Origin: Thermoanaerobaculia bacterium
Lineage (GTDB): Bacteria > Acidobacteriota > Thermoanaerobaculia > Multivoradales > UBA5704
Length of the DNA stretch: 64,000 bases
NCBI GenBank assembly: GCA_044226625.1
Contig: JBGAGQ010000011.1
Location: 32,001 to 96,000, forward strand
Direction of reading: 5' to 3'
In this document: one piece after another, positions 49,411 through 62,960 of the stretch
Layout: each line of letters begins with the position of its first letter
How positions within the stretch are numbered: position 1 is the stretch's first letter
Notes under the pieces: generated by a model
Databases searched by the model: none
What the model was told of the DNA's origin: nothing
What the model saw: the letters and a program-made list of their open reading frames with translations, nothing else
Translations under genes and position numbers: made by a program

Positions 49411-49623
49411 ATGAAACGGAAACTCCGCCTCAACCGCGACACGATTCAATGCCTCACCCCGGCCGAGGCCTCCCAGGCCCAAGGCGCCGCCGCCGGTACC
49501 CGGGACGCGAGCTGCCTGATCGGCTCCTGCGCCTGCACCGTGAACTGCAGCCAGCGGACCTGCGTCGTCAGCTGCGCGGGTACCTGCTTCCAGATCTCCT
49601 GCGTCGCCGCCACCTGCTACTAG
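49411..49623 (+). CDS. Putative RiPP (lanthipeptide-like) precursor peptide, 70 aa
   Basis: AAAGGA RBS; leader MKRKLRLNRDTIQCL...AQGA; Cys/Ser/Thr-rich core; own terminator. Confidence 0.75.
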   Translation: MKRKLRLNRDTIQCLTPAEASQAQGAAAGTRDASCLIGSCACTVNCSQRTCVVSCAGTCFQISCVAATCY

Positions 49624-49634
49624 GGCCTGAGTTG

Positions 49635-49662
49635 CCCGCCCGCCTCCGGGCGGGCGGGGTTT
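49635..49662 (+). terminator. Intrinsic terminator after the peptide gene
   Basis: CCCGCCCGCC-tccg-GGCGGGCGGG-GTTT. Confidence 0.7.
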
Positions 49663-49667
49663 CCGAT

Positions 49668-50141
49668 TCAGGGGCGGACGAAGGTCGCCGACGCGGTGTA
49701 AGTCGCTGGCCCCGCGACGAAAGGCGAGTTGCCGGTACAGCCGCGTCGCAGGAACTTGAGGTTCTGCGACTCGATCCCGCGGCGCACTCCACTCAGGGTC
49801 GCGCCCACCGCGATCGGCTGGAGGTTGATCGTGCAGTCGTTGTTGTCGATTCCGCCGGCGCAGACTTGAACCATCAGCCCTTCGGCGTCGCTGCTCGCCA
49901 TCAGGGTGACTTGGATCGTCCCGCCCGCGGAGACCGGGAAATCATGAGAATCGCTGGTGCAGCCGCCTGCCGCGAGCGTGGTCGTCGTGCCGGAGACCAT
50001 CTGGGTCGTGGGAGCCGGCGGGGAGGTAGGAGAACCTCCGCCTCCGCCCCCGCCACAGGCCCAGAGCCACGGCGTGCCGATCGCGAGCAACGCGGCGACC
50101 GGGCGGAACAAAACGAATCGTAGGGGAAATCGAGCGAACAT
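49668..50141 (-). CDS. Hypothetical lipoprotein
   Basis: LWAC lipobox, GGGGGGGSPT linker, four further Cys; GGAGG RBS. Confidence 0.7.
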   Translation of the reverse strand: MFARFPLRFVLFRPVAALLAIGTPWLWACGGGGGGGSPTSPPAPTTQMVSGTTTTLAAGGCTSDSHDFPVSAGGTIQVTLMASSDAEGLMVQVCAGGIDNNDCTINLQPIAVGATLSGVRRGIESQNLKFLRRGCTGNSPFVAGPATYTASATFVRP

Positions 50142-50380
50142 CGCGCCTCACCTCCGGTGAACGGCGGACCCTCTCAGTCTTTCCATCCGCTGGGTTCGAG
50201 AAAACCTGACCGAAGATAAGGGACGACCCCTCGGCCGCCACGCCGGCTGGGTCGAGAGCCCGCCTGCCGGGATGAAACGTCGGATTCGGAGGACGGCAGA
50301 AGGTCGGAGGTGGGCGGCGAAGGGCGAAAAAGAACGGCCTCGATCGGATTCCGGATCGAGGCCCTGGCTCCGCTTCCCCG

Positions 50381-51811
50381 TTACTGCGCGTACAGCCGGA
50401 TCACCTGCTCGATCGCCGCGCGGCAGGCGGCGCAGAAGCCGACCTCGTCGCGGGTGAACATGATGCAATCCTCCTGCGGCCGGTACATACCCGTCGCCTG
50501 GTAGTTCGCCCCTTCGAACGCGCCGACTTTGCCCGAGTGGACGTCCTTACCCAGAAGCTCGGTCTCGTGGGTCCGCTCCTCGCGGAAGAGGGCGTCCATC
50601 TCGGATTCGGGCCGGCGATCCGCGCGGATCTTCCTTCGGCGCGCCTGGACGTCCTTCTGGAACGCCTCGAACTCTTCTTTCTTCCAGGACGTTGGAACGG
50701 GGACCCCTGGCGTGAGCAGCGACTTCCACTTGATCGTCGCCGGATCGGGGTGGGCGGTGACGTTCTTTTCCCACGGCTCGACCACCTCGCCGTTGTCCGT
50801 GGCGACGTCCGAGGTGTAGTACTCGTCGGCCAGCCCGGCGAAATGGTGGCCGAACTCGTGGACGAACACGTAGGGTGCCCAGGCGCTGTCCGCGGCGACC
50901 GTGCCGTAGAGGCCGAAGATCCCGCCGCCTCCGTAGGTCTGGCCGTTCACCAGGATCTCGACGAAATCGTAGGGGGCGAACTGCGCCGCCTCCCGAAACG
51001 CGCGGTTGTCGAACGTCAGGACGTAGCGCTCCGAACCGAACGCGTCGTAGGTGGACCCGATCGGATTCCTCCGATGGATGCCGGTCGACGGCCGGGAGAT
51101 GCCGCTTTCCTGGGCCGGCGGGCAGAGACCCCAGACGTTGAACTCGGCGCGATGGCTCTTGAACGGCTCCTGGGCGAACAGCGTTTCGATCAGGCGTCTG
51201 GCGTCGCGCTCGAATTTCTCCCTTTCGGCCGCCGTGTAGCCGTCGCCAAGGATCAGGAAATCGACCTTCTCGGCCGGATCGCCATGCCGTTCGAGCGCGA
51301 GCAACGGCGCCGGGGCTTTGGGCGTCGCGGTGTCGACGAACATATCGGAGGGATCGACGACGAGGCTCCAGATCTCCCGGAAGTCGTTCCGCGCATCGCG
51401 CTTCTTCAAGCTGATGCGGACCGGATGCTCGGGCGCGGGGAAACGGAATGACTCGGAAAACGTGCCCCAACGTTCCTTGGCTTCGTCCGTCGTCTGCCAC
51501 TCGCCGAAGATCGAGGCGAAGCCTCGCGAATAGATCGCCCGATTCGTCTCGCGATCCACGACCTCGAAGAAGTAGAGACCGAGGTTCGTGTCGTCGAGCG
51601 ACCGGGCCGGGTTACCCGCCCAGGGGAGAGGCTCGACGACGACCCTCTCGACCGCGAACATCTCGGTCGTCGCGTTTCCGGTATGGAAGTAGTCGACGCG
51701 CAAAGTCCGCGGCGCGCCCGATCCCGACGGGGCGGCGGCCACCTGGGCCGGGAAGCAAAGCGCCGGACCCAAGGCCAGCGCGACGAGGGCGAAGCGTGCG
51801 ATCTTGATCAA
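50381..51811 (-). CDS. Peptidase M64 (IgA peptidase family)
   Basis: TLRVDYFHTG, ILGDGYT, YGGGGI, HEFGHHFAGLADEY, YRPQEDCIM, FCAAC. Confidence 0.92.
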   Translation of the reverse strand: MIKIARFALVALALGPALCFPAQVAAAPSGSGAPRTLRVDYFHTGNATTEMFAVERVVVEPLPWAGNPARSLDDTNLGLYFFEVVDRETNRAIYSRGFASIFGEWQTTDEAKERWGTFSESFRFPAPEHPVRISLKKRDARNDFREIWSLVVDPSDMFVDTATPKAPAPLLALERHGDPAEKVDFLILGDGYTAAEREKFERDARRLIETLFAQEPFKSHRAEFNVWGLCPPAQESGISRPSTGIHRRNPIGSTYDAFGSERYVLTFDNRAFREAAQFAPYDFVEILVNGQTYGGGGIFGLYGTVAADSAWAPYVFVHEFGHHFAGLADEYYTSDVATDNGEVVEPWEKNVTAHPDPATIKWKSLLTPGVPVPTSWKKEEFEAFQKDVQARRRKIRADRRPESEMDALFREERTHETELLGKDVHSGKVGAFEGANYQATGMYRPQEDCIMFTRDEVGFCAACRAAIEQVIRLYAQ

Positions 51812-51911
51812 GAGAAGCCTCCCGGGACGCCTGTTCTACAAGGGATTCGAGCGGTTTGCCGACGGGCATGACGTTAGCATGGCCATGCCCTCGGACCGCC
51901 GGGAGGGACTC

Positions 51912-52427
51912 ATGTCCTATCTGATCGATGGCAGCAATTTGGGTGGCGTGGGAGGCGGGCGTGCCGGATCGCGCGACGCTCGCGCCGTCGTCGAATGGCT
52001 GCTTCCCTGGATCCGCGAGCGCGCGGGCCGGGGGCGCCTGATCGTCGTCTTCGACGGCTCTCCGCGTCCGGACGTGGCCCTTCGGTACGGCCCGATGGCC
52101 GTCGAGTTCGCCGCTCCACGCACGGCGGACGAGGCGATTTTGGCGCGGGTTCGATCGAGCCCGAAACGTTGGATCGTGGTCACCGACGACGGAGCCCTCG
52201 CCCGCGCCTGCCGCGATCTGGGAGCGACGACCCAGGCCGCCTCGACGCTGGTCCGGAGCGTTCTTTCCCCGTCCGGCGGCAAGCGGTCGAAGCGACCGGG
52301 GGCCGTACGGCCGGGCGACGAGAAACCGCATCCGAGCGGCAGCGATCAGGCGCATTGGAAAGCGGTGTTTGGAGGAGGAAGCGGAGGCGGAGGCGATTCG
52401 AGCGATCCCGAACGAGGATCGAAGTAG
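51912..52427 (+). CDS. NYN/YacP-like PIN nuclease domain protein
   Basis: YLIDGSN, VVFDG, TADEAI, VVTDD. Confidence 0.8.
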   Translation: MSYLIDGSNLGGVGGGRAGSRDARAVVEWLLPWIRERAGRGRLIVVFDGSPRPDVALRYGPMAVEFAAPRTADEAILARVRSSPKRWIVVTDDGALARACRDLGATTQAASTLVRSVLSPSGGKRSKRPGAVRPGDEKPHPSGSDQAHWKAVFGGGSGGGGDSSDPERGSK

Positions 52428-52472
52428 CGGCGGTCGCGGTAGGCGGGGCGGCGCAGATCGTAAACTCCCGCG

Positions 52473-53318
52473 GTGTCGACCCTTCGAGAGCTGATTTCCT
52501 GGGGGCGCTCCCGGCTTACGGCGGCGCCTTTCTCCCCGCCCCCGCGGGAAGCCGCTCTCTTGCTCGGCCGGGCGCTCGGCCTCTCCGAAGCGCAGGTCCT
52601 CGCCCGCGACGACCAGGACGCCGAATCGAAGGCCGAGGCGCTCTACCGCGAATGGATCGAACGCCGCGTTTCCGGCGAGCCGGTCGCCTATCTGCTCGGC
52701 GAGCGCGAGTTCTTCGGCCGCGTGTTCGAGGTGGACCCGAGGGTGCTCATCCCCCGACCGGAGACGGAGCATCTGATCGAGCTGGCCCTGGGTCTCGCGC
52801 TTCCTTCTCGCCCGCGGATTCTGGACGTCGGCGTCGGCTCCGGAGCGATCGCGGTGACGCTCGCCTGCGAGATGCCGTCCGCCCGGTTGGTCGCGACCGA
52901 CCTTTCCGTCGGCGCGCTCGAGGTGGCGCGGGGGAACTCGCGACGGCTCGGCGCCTCGGATCGGCTGGCGCTGGTGCGAACCGATCTATGCGCCGGGATC
53001 GCTCTCGAGAAGGTCGACTTGTTGGTGAGCAACCCGCCGTACGTCGGTCGCCGGGAGATGGCCGAAATGTCACCCGAGGTTTGCAATTTCGAGCCCCACC
53101 TGGCACTCTTTCCGCCCGGCGGCGACGGGCTGGAAACGATCTTCCGGCTGCTCGCGGCGGCCGGAGGATTACGCCCCGGCGTCCTGGCCCTTCTAGAAAT
53201 CGGACAGGGCCAGATCGAGGCGATCGAATCCGGGGCGCGCGCGTTCGGTTTCGAGCTCGTCGAAGCGCGGGCCGACTATGCCGGCATTCCGCGCGTCGCG
53301 GTGCTCGCGCGGCGCTGA
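52473..53318 (+). CDS. prmC: Release factor glutamine methyltransferase
   Basis: GEPVAYLLG, VLIPRPETE, DVGVGSG, SNPPY. Confidence 0.95.
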   Translation: MSTLRELISWGRSRLTAAPFSPPPREAALLLGRALGLSEAQVLARDDQDAESKAEALYREWIERRVSGEPVAYLLGEREFFGRVFEVDPRVLIPRPETEHLIELALGLALPSRPRILDVGVGSGAIAVTLACEMPSARLVATDLSVGALEVARGNSRRLGASDRLALVRTDLCAGIALEKVDLLVSNPPYVGRREMAEMSPEVCNFEPHLALFPPGGDGLETIFRLLAAAGGLRPGVLALLEIGQGQIEAIESGARAFGFELVEARADYAGIPRVAVLARR

Positions 53319-53403
53319 CCCCTCGGGCGCCGCGCTTGCAACGGCCGAGCGGCGAGCGCCGAAAAGGCACGGGGGACCGGAGCGGAGCGTCGGGGGAAAG
53401 AAC

Positions 53404-54684
53404 ATGGACAGATTCCGCATCATCGGACCGACGCGGCTCGACGGCCACGTGCGCGCGAGCGGCGCAAAGAACGCCGCCCTTCCGGCCCTCGCCGCCTCTC
53501 TCCTGACCGATCGGCCGATCCGCCTGAGCCGGGTTCCCCGGGTGCGCGACATCCGGACGATGCTACGCCTGCTCGAACATCTGGGGGTGGGCGGCAGCGA
53601 GATCGGTGAGGACGGCGAGCTGACGCTCGAGCGGCGTCACGCGGGAGGTGCGCCCGCCGTCGAGGCTCCCTACGATCTGATGAAGACCATGCGCGCCGGC
53701 GTCCTGGTGCTCGGGCCGTTGCTCGCGCGCTTCGGGCGCGCCCGCGTCTCGCTCCCCGGGGGGTGCGCGATCGGCGTACGCCCGATCGACCAGCACCTCA
53801 AGGCCCTGGAGGCGCTGGGCGCGAGGGTCCACCTCGAGCACGGCTACGTCGAGGCGAGCTGCGCGCGGTTGATCGGCACCCGGTTCCGCTTCGACATGGC
53901 GACCGTCACCGGCACGGAAAACCTCCTGATGGCGGCCTGTTTCGCGCGCGGCACGACCGTGCTCGAAAACTGCGCCCGGGAACCCGAGGTGGTCGACCTC
54001 GCGCTGTTGCTCAAGGCGATGGGCGCGAAGATCGACGGCGAGGGGACCGAGACAATCGAGATCGAGGGGGTAACCCAGCTCGACGGGGCGGAGCACCCGG
54101 TGATCTCGGATCGGATCGAAGGGGGCACTTACCTCATCGGCGCCGCGCTCACCGGGGGCGACGTGACGCTCGAAGACGCCGATCCGGCGGCTTTGGCGCC
54201 GCTGCTCGAGCAGCTGGAGCGGGTAGGCGCAGCGGTTGCGGAGGGTCCCGATGGCATCCGCGTACGCGCCGAGGGCGAGCTCTCGGCCGTCGACGTCGAG
54301 ACCGCCCCCCATCCGGGATTCCCGACCGATCTTCAGGCACAGTACCTCGCGCTGATGACCCAGGCCGAAGGATCCGCCACGGTGCGAGAAAGCGTGTTCG
54401 AGAACCGCTTTCAACACGTCCCGGAGCTGACGCGAATGGGCGCCGACCTGCACGTCGAGGGTCGCGACGTCCGGGTCAAGGGACCGACTCCGCTCGCCGG
54501 AGCCAACGTCATGGCGACCGACCTTCGCGCCTCGGCCTGCCTGGTCCTCGCCGGTCTGGTCGCCGACGGCGAGACGATCGTCGACCGGATCTATCACCTG
54601 GATCGCGGGTACGAGTCCATGGAAGACAAGCTCCGCGCCTTGGGCGCGCGGGTGGAGCGGATCGCGGGTCCCCCCACCCCTTGA
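53404..54684 (+). CDS. murA: UDP-N-acetylglucosamine 1-carboxyvinyltransferase
   Basis: [40 protein letters not shown]. Confidence 0.97.
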   Translation: MDRFRIIGPTRLDGHVRASGAKNAALPALAASLLTDRPIRLSRVPRVRDIRTMLRLLEHLGVGGSEIGEDGELTLERRHAGGAPAVEAPYDLMKTMRAGVLVLGPLLARFGRARVSLPGGCAIGVRPIDQHLKALEALGARVHLEHGYVEASCARLIGTRFRFDMATVTGTENLLMAACFARGTTVLENCAREPEVVDLALLLKAMGAKIDGEGTETIEIEGVTQLDGAEHPVISDRIEGGTYLIGAALTGGDVTLEDADPAALAPLLEQLERVGAAVAEGPDGIRVRAEGELSAVDVETAPHPGFPTDLQAQYLALMTQAEGSATVRESVFENRFQHVPELTRMGADLHVEGRDVRVKGPTPLAGANVMATDLRASACLVLAGLVADGETIVDRIYHLDRGYESMEDKLRALGARVERIAGPPTP

Positions 54685-54777
54685 GCTCGCGCCGGCGCCG
54701 GCCGCTCCGGCCGCTCCAAGAATTCACGGTTTGATTTACGCCTCGGCAAACCACGGGACATCGCACGAAACGACCGC

Positions 54778-57045
54778 ATGGTGAGCTCACCTTTCGTCGT
54801 CGCGACCTTCGCCCTCGCCCTCGCCGGCGGGGGGCGCGCGCCCGATCCTCGGCCGACCCTGGTCGAGCTGGAGCGCGCCGGCCGGAACCGAGACGCGCTC
54901 GCCCTGGTGGAGCGGGAGATCGCGGCGAACCCCGAAACCGCGCGCGAGATCGGGCTGTCGTATCTTCGCGGCCATCTGTTGGAGGGGTTGGGCGACGAGC
55001 GGCGCGCCGCCGAGGCGTTCGCGGCGGCGATGGTCGAGACCCCCGCGCTCGCGAGCTACGGCCGATACCGGTTGGCTCTCGGCCAGGTGCGCGCGGGTCA
55101 TCCCGAGGTGGCCGCCGGCTTGCTCGCCGCGGTGGTCAATGACAATGCCCGGTCGCCGCTCGCGGGTCGGGCCGTCCGGCTCTTCGAGCGAAGCCTGCGC
55201 AACGGCGGGGACTGCCGCCTGCTTCGCTCGGTCACCCTGCTCGCGTTCGCTCCCCCCGAACGGCGCGCGCTCGAGCTCGCTCGGGCCGATTGCGCGTTTC
55301 GCGGCGGCGACGTCGAGCTCGGGCGCAGCCTGCTCGTCGACCTGCTCGAAGAATCGCGCATCGACGAATGGGCGTTCGCCGCCGCCGAGCGGCTCGCTGC
55401 GCTCGCGGGATCCCAGGCGGAATCGCGCGGACGGGCGGCATTGCTGTCCGGCCTGGTGCTGGCCCTCGGACGCGAATTCGACCGGGCGATCCTCGAGCTG
55501 CGGCGCGCCGCCGTCTCCACACCCCGCCGCGAACGGAGCGAAGCTGCCGCCGCCCTCGGCCGGGTGGAGCTCCAGGCAGGCCGCTACGATCCGGCGATCG
55601 CCCAGCTGGAGCTCGTCGCCCAACAGGCGACCGGCCCCTCGTCCCTCGCCCGGGCGCGCTACGACCAGGCGCGAAGCTTCGAGGCGCGCGGCCAGGCGCA
55701 GATGGCGATGAGCCGCTATCTCGCTGCGGCGGCGGCCGACCCGGACGGCGCGGTGACGGCGGCTTCCTATGCCGGGGCCCTTCGTCTCGCGGCCCGCGCG
55801 GGAGACGACGCCAACGCGAGCGCGCTCCTCTCCCGGCTCGGCGCTCGCCCAGCCTGGCGCGGCGAAGCGGCGCGCGCGGCGCTCTTCCTCGCGGCCGGCG
55901 ACCTCGTCCGAGGGCGCGCCGATCGCGCCCGGGATTGGCTCGATTTTGCGGCGTCGGGGGGAGATGCGATCGAGGTCGCCTACTGGCGCGCGCGCGCCGC
56001 GGAGCTCACGGGCAATCGGCAGGCCGCGGTCAACGGCTACCTCGGCGTGTTGCGATTGGACCCATATCACCTGCTCGCGATCGGGGCGCGTCGACGCCTC
56101 GCCGGGCCGTCAATCGCACCGACCGCGACGATCCTCGCCCAGAAGCTCACCGAGACCGGCCGGCCAGCCGACCTCACGAACGCCTGGCTCATCCTCGGCG
56201 ATCTGAACCCGCTCGGACGTTCGGCGCGCGCGCGGCTGGCCAAGCTTCTCGCGAGCGACCGGCAGGTGGCGCCTTTCCTACGCCTCTCCCTGGTTCCGGT
56301 CGACCGATGGCCGATCTGGGGGGAGCCCGACGTCGGGGGCTCCGGCCGAAGCCTCGGCGCCGAACGGATGCTGCTTCGCCTCGGGATCTGGGCCGACGGA
56401 GCCGCCGCGGTCGCGACGGCGTTCGATCCCGCGACTCCGGATCTGGCGTTCACCGCCGCCCGGGAGCTGTCGCGGGTCGGTCAGACCCGGCGCGCGATCG
56501 CGATGGCCGAGGCGATCCGCGCCCGCGCCCCGGCGCACCTTCCGGAAGCTCTCCTCCCGGCGGCCCTTCGTCGTCTGATCTACCCCTTCCCCTATGCCGA
56601 TCTGCTGCGGCGGGAAGGCACGCGACGAGGCATCGATCCGCTGCTTCTCGCCGCGACCCTGCGCGAGGAGAGCCGGTTCGATCCCGGGCAGGTGCGCGGA
56701 GCAGAACGCGGGCTCGCCGGCTCGTTTCCCTCGACCCATTCCCGCATCGCTACGATCGCCGGCCTGCCGGAGCCCGGCGACGACGACCTCGATCGGCCCG
56801 AGGTTGCGATACCGCTCGCCTCCGCCCATCTGGCGGCCGAGCTGGCCGCCGCCGGACGCTCCACCCACCGCGCGGTGGTCGCCTTCGAAGCGGGCCCCGA
56901 AGCCGCCCGGATCTGGCAGGGGACCTGCTACACCACCGAGCCCGAGGAGTTCTGGACGAAGGTCACCGATCCCGAGGCCCGCGAGCACCTCGCCGCCGTG
57001 ATCTCCTCCTGGGCGCACTACCAGGAAATCTACGGTCAACCGTAG
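54778..57045 (+). CDS. TPR-rich soluble lytic transglycosylase-like protein
   Basis: Helical repeats followed by IYPFPY...IDPLLLAATLREESRFDP. Confidence 0.75.
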   Translation: MVSSPFVVATFALALAGGGRAPDPRPTLVELERAGRNRDALALVEREIAANPETAREIGLSYLRGHLLEGLGDERRAAEAFAAAMVETPALASYGRYRLALGQVRAGHPEVAAGLLAAVVNDNARSPLAGRAVRLFERSLRNGGDCRLLRSVTLLAFAPPERRALELARADCAFRGGDVELGRSLLVDLLEESRIDEWAFAAAERLAALAGSQAESRGRAALLSGLVLALGREFDRAILELRRAAVSTPRRERSEAAAALGRVELQAGRYDPAIAQLELVAQQATGPSSLARARYDQARSFEARGQAQMAMSRYLAAAAADPDGAVTAASYAGALRLAARAGDDANASALLSRLGARPAWRGEAARAALFLAAGDLVRGRADRARDWLDFAASGGDAIEVAYWRARAAELTGNRQAAVNGYLGVLRLDPYHLLAIGARRRLAGPSIAPTATILAQKLTETGRPADLTNAWLILGDLNPLGRSARARLAKLLASDRQVAPFLRLSLVPVDRWPIWGEPDVGGSGRSLGAERMLLRLGIWADGAAAVATAFDPATPDLAFTAARELSRVGQTRRAIAMAEAIRARAPAHLPEALLPAALRRLIYPFPYADLLRREGTRRGIDPLLLAATLREESRFDPGQVRGAERGLAGSFPSTHSRIATIAGLPEPGDDDLDRPEVAIPLASAHLAAELAAAGRSTHRAVVAFEAGPEAARIWQGTCYTTEPEEFWTKVTDPEAREHLAAVISSWAHYQEIYGQP

Positions 57046-57081
57046 GTCGGCGCGAATTGACGCCCTCGGAGACGGCCCGCC

Positions 57082-57855
57082 CTATCTCGGTTTTCCAGTG
57101 ATATGCAGCACGGGTGGCAGGTGGTCGACCGGCTCGTCGTAGAAGCTCTCCACGTCGGCGTTCCGGCGCAGCTCTTCCGACCAGCGCGCGAGCTCGTCGT
57201 TCAAACGCTGCTCCTTGAGGACGGTGCGGATCTCTTCGCGCACGTCGTCTAGGGGAGGCGCTTTCTCACCTCGTTTCTCGAGCTCCGGCACGAGGGTCGC
57301 GTCGTAGTAGGCGCGGATGTCGTCCAGGCTCACGAAGACGCGGGGACCGAGCCGTTCGTCGATGTAGACCAGAATGGCGATCTGACGCGCCACCAGCTGC
57401 GACAGGGCGGCGCGCGTCATCCCCAGCTCGGTAAGGCGCCGATCGAGCTCCGCCTCGTCGCGAAAGCGGGAGCGGATCTCGGCGGTCTGCTTTTCGATCT
57501 CGTCGACCGGTACCTCGACGAATCCCGCGCGGTCGACGGCGTGAGAGCGCAGTCTCTGCTCGATCAGCTGGTCGAGCACCCGGCGCCGCAGCAGGTCGAC
57601 GCTCTCGTCCGGCTTCTTTTCGACCAGGCCGAGGCCGACCACCCGGTCGATGTCGGAGCTCAGGATCGGATCTTCGTCGACCACCGCGACCACCCGATCG
57701 AGAAGCGTGGCGACCGGAGCGCCCGGTTCCCCCGCCGACCCCGCCGCCGCCACTCGGGGAAAAACCACGGCGAGAGCGAGAAGGCAGAACGCCCGAACGC
57801 AGCGAGCGAGCGGTGCGCGATCGAACCCGGCGGCCATCGAGGGTGATGCTAGCAT
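57082..57855 (-). CDS. SurA N-terminal-domain-like chaperone
   Basis: LDRVVAVVDEDPILSSDI, VLDQLIEQRL, WSEELRRNADV; start uncertain. Confidence 0.8.
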   Translation of the reverse strand: MLASPSMAAGFDRAPLARCVRAFCLLALAVVFPRVAAAGSAGEPGAPVATLLDRVVAVVDEDPILSSDIDRVVGLGLVEKKPDESVDLLRRRVLDQLIEQRLRSHAVDRAGFVEVPVDEIEKQTAEIRSRFRDEAELDRRLTELGMTRAALSQLVARQIAILVYIDERLGPRVFVSLDDIRAYYDATLVPELEKRGEKAPPLDDVREEIRTVLKEQRLNDELARWSEELRRNADVESFYDEPVDHLPPVLHITGKPR

Positions 57856-58625
57856 CCGTTCGAATGGCCCCGCCTTTTGTCCCCGAACCCGATCGGACCG
57901 AGAGCCCGGCGGCCGCCGGCCGCTTGATCCTGGTGGCGACGCCGATCGGCAATCTCGGCGACCTCTCGGCCCGCGCCCGGCAAGCGTTCGAGCGGGCGGA
58001 CCTGATCGCCTGCGAGGACACGCGGGTCACCGGCCAGCTGCTCGCGCATCTCGGGATCAAAAAGCCGCTCGTCTCGCTCCACGAGCACAACGAGCGGCAA
58101 CGCTTGCCGCGCCTGCTGGCCGATTTGGAGCGAGGCGCGACGATCGCCGTCGCGAGCGATGCGGGGACGCCCCTCCTGTCCGACCCCGGCTTCCTGCTGG
58201 TGCGCGAGGCGGCGGCGCGAGGCGCCACCATCGAGCCGATCCCCGGACCTTCGGCGATCCTCGCGGCGCTGGTCGCTTCGGGGCTACCGCCTTACCCGTT
58301 TACCTTCGCGGGCTTTCCGCCGTTCCGCTCGGGCAAACGGCGGACGTTCTATCGCGAGATGGGCGCGCTCGGTCACACCTTCATTCTGTTCGAGTCGCCC
58401 CACCGCCTGCTGGCTTCGCTCGACGACGCGATCGCCGAGCTTGGCGAACGGCCGGCCGCGATCGGCCGCGAGCTGACCAAGCTGCATGAAGAGGTCGTCC
58501 GCGGGCCGCTGTCCCACCTGCTCGCCGTGTTCACCGCTCGACCGAGCCTGAAGGGCGAGTTCGTGCTGGTGGTGGGTGGTACTTCCTCGAAAGCCGCCGG
58601 ATCGCGACGGATCGATTCCGACGAG

Positions 58626-61883
<3,258 letters not shown>

Positions 61884-61896
61884 AGTTTCGTACCAC

Positions 61897-61986
61897 GGAG
61901 GGGTGGCTGAGCGGTCGAAAGCAGCGGTCTTGAAAACCGCCGGGCCTGCAAGGGTCCCATGGGTTCGAATCCCATCCCCTCCGCCA
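61897..61986 (+). tRNA. tRNA-Ser (anticodon TGA)
   Basis: GGAGGGGTGGCTGAGCGGTCGAAAGCA-GCGGT-CTTGAAA-ACCGC, long variable arm, GGTTCGAATCCCATCCCCTCCGCCA; 90 nt. Confidence 0.96.
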
Positions 61987-62040
61987 CAAGGAATCGAGTT
62001 CGAATCCGTATGCCACTCCCTGCCAGACTGCCGCCGCAAG

Positions 62041-62420
62041 TTAGTTATGCCAGATCGATCCTCCCGGCAGCGCTCTTCCCGCCTCCGGAAATTGAGGGTG
62101 TCGCATAGTTTGATCATAAAAGCTCACCCCTGCCGATGCCATTGCAGAAAATGCCCGCTGCTGCTGAATCGATGGAGTCGAGAGCCAACCCTGCTGATTC
62201 GCCTCATAAGCGAGAAGCCAATGCTCCCCTATCAGTGAATCGGATTGAGCGATCAAGTCAGCCCAACGGGTCTTTGTTAAAGAACCTCGCGGAAAGAGGC
62301 CGAGGTCCGCGGCATGCATCGCTAAGCGCAACAACGTCGTCTTCGATCGCGTCGACAAGTTGCGCTGCGTCAGTGCTCAGAGCGACATCCCATGCCAGGG
62401 CACCCCAGAGCGCCCAGGCG
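62041..62420 (-). pseudogene. Frameshifted 3' remnant resembling the C-terminal domain of defence-type (UG/Abi-like) reverse transcriptases
   Basis: Joined reading AWALWGALAW...EDDVVAL/LAMHA...GEHWLLAYEANQQGWL...GVSFYD; no start and no RT core. Confidence 0.55.
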
Positions 62421-62447
62421 AATAATGCCTGCCGACAAGCGAGATCG

Positions 62448-62957
62448 CTACGAGCCAACCACTCGCCTGACGGTCCTCATCGGCAGCACGAGGCGGTGCG
62501 AATCGGGGAGCTTCACGAAACCATGAGCAGAATAGAATGCTGCAGCGGAGTCATCCAAAGCGTCCACCACGACCATGGATGAGCCCACGGTGTCCGAGCT
62601 CGCCAGCGCTCTTCGAAGCGCGTCGACCAGGAGGACTGAGCCGAAGCCTTGGCCGTGGCAGCGCGCGGCGACGGCAAGGCGCCCGATCAGCGTAGCGCTG
62701 ACCAGGGGGTATCGCGGAATGTACTTCCTCGCGGCTTCGGGAACGTCACCCGGAAGAAGCGCGGTCGCACAGAGCGTGTAGTACCCGAGGATCGTCTCAG
62801 GCTCTGCGTTCGCAATCAGAACGAAGACCGCATTGGCGTGGCGACGCATGTCCTGACCGGCCTGATGGTGCAGGTAAAGGTCGAGGCTTTCAACTCCGCA
62901 GGTGAACTCAGCCCGCCGATGGCCGTCGCGCAGCGGGACGACCGAATCGTCAGCCAC
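62448..62957 (-). CDS. GNAT acetyltransferase toxin (AtaT/TacT-like)
   Basis: FTCGVESLDLYL, ILGYYTL, LIGRLAV, HGQGFGSVLLVDAL, VVDA, AFYSAHGF. Confidence 0.9.
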   Translation of the reverse strand: MADDSVVPLRDGHRRAEFTCGVESLDLYLHHQAGQDMRRHANAVFVLIANAEPETILGYYTLCATALLPGDVPEAARKYIPRYPLVSATLIGRLAVAARCHGQGFGSVLLVDALRRALASSDTVGSSMVVVDALDDSAAAFYSAHGFVKLPDSHRLVLPMRTVRRVVGS

Positions 62958-62960
62958 CCG

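Noticed and set aside
26415-49623. Haloperoxidases and the RiPP precursor as one biosynthetic cluster
   Set aside because: They are 17 kb apart, separated by unrelated genes and a tRNA; nothing in the sequence links them.
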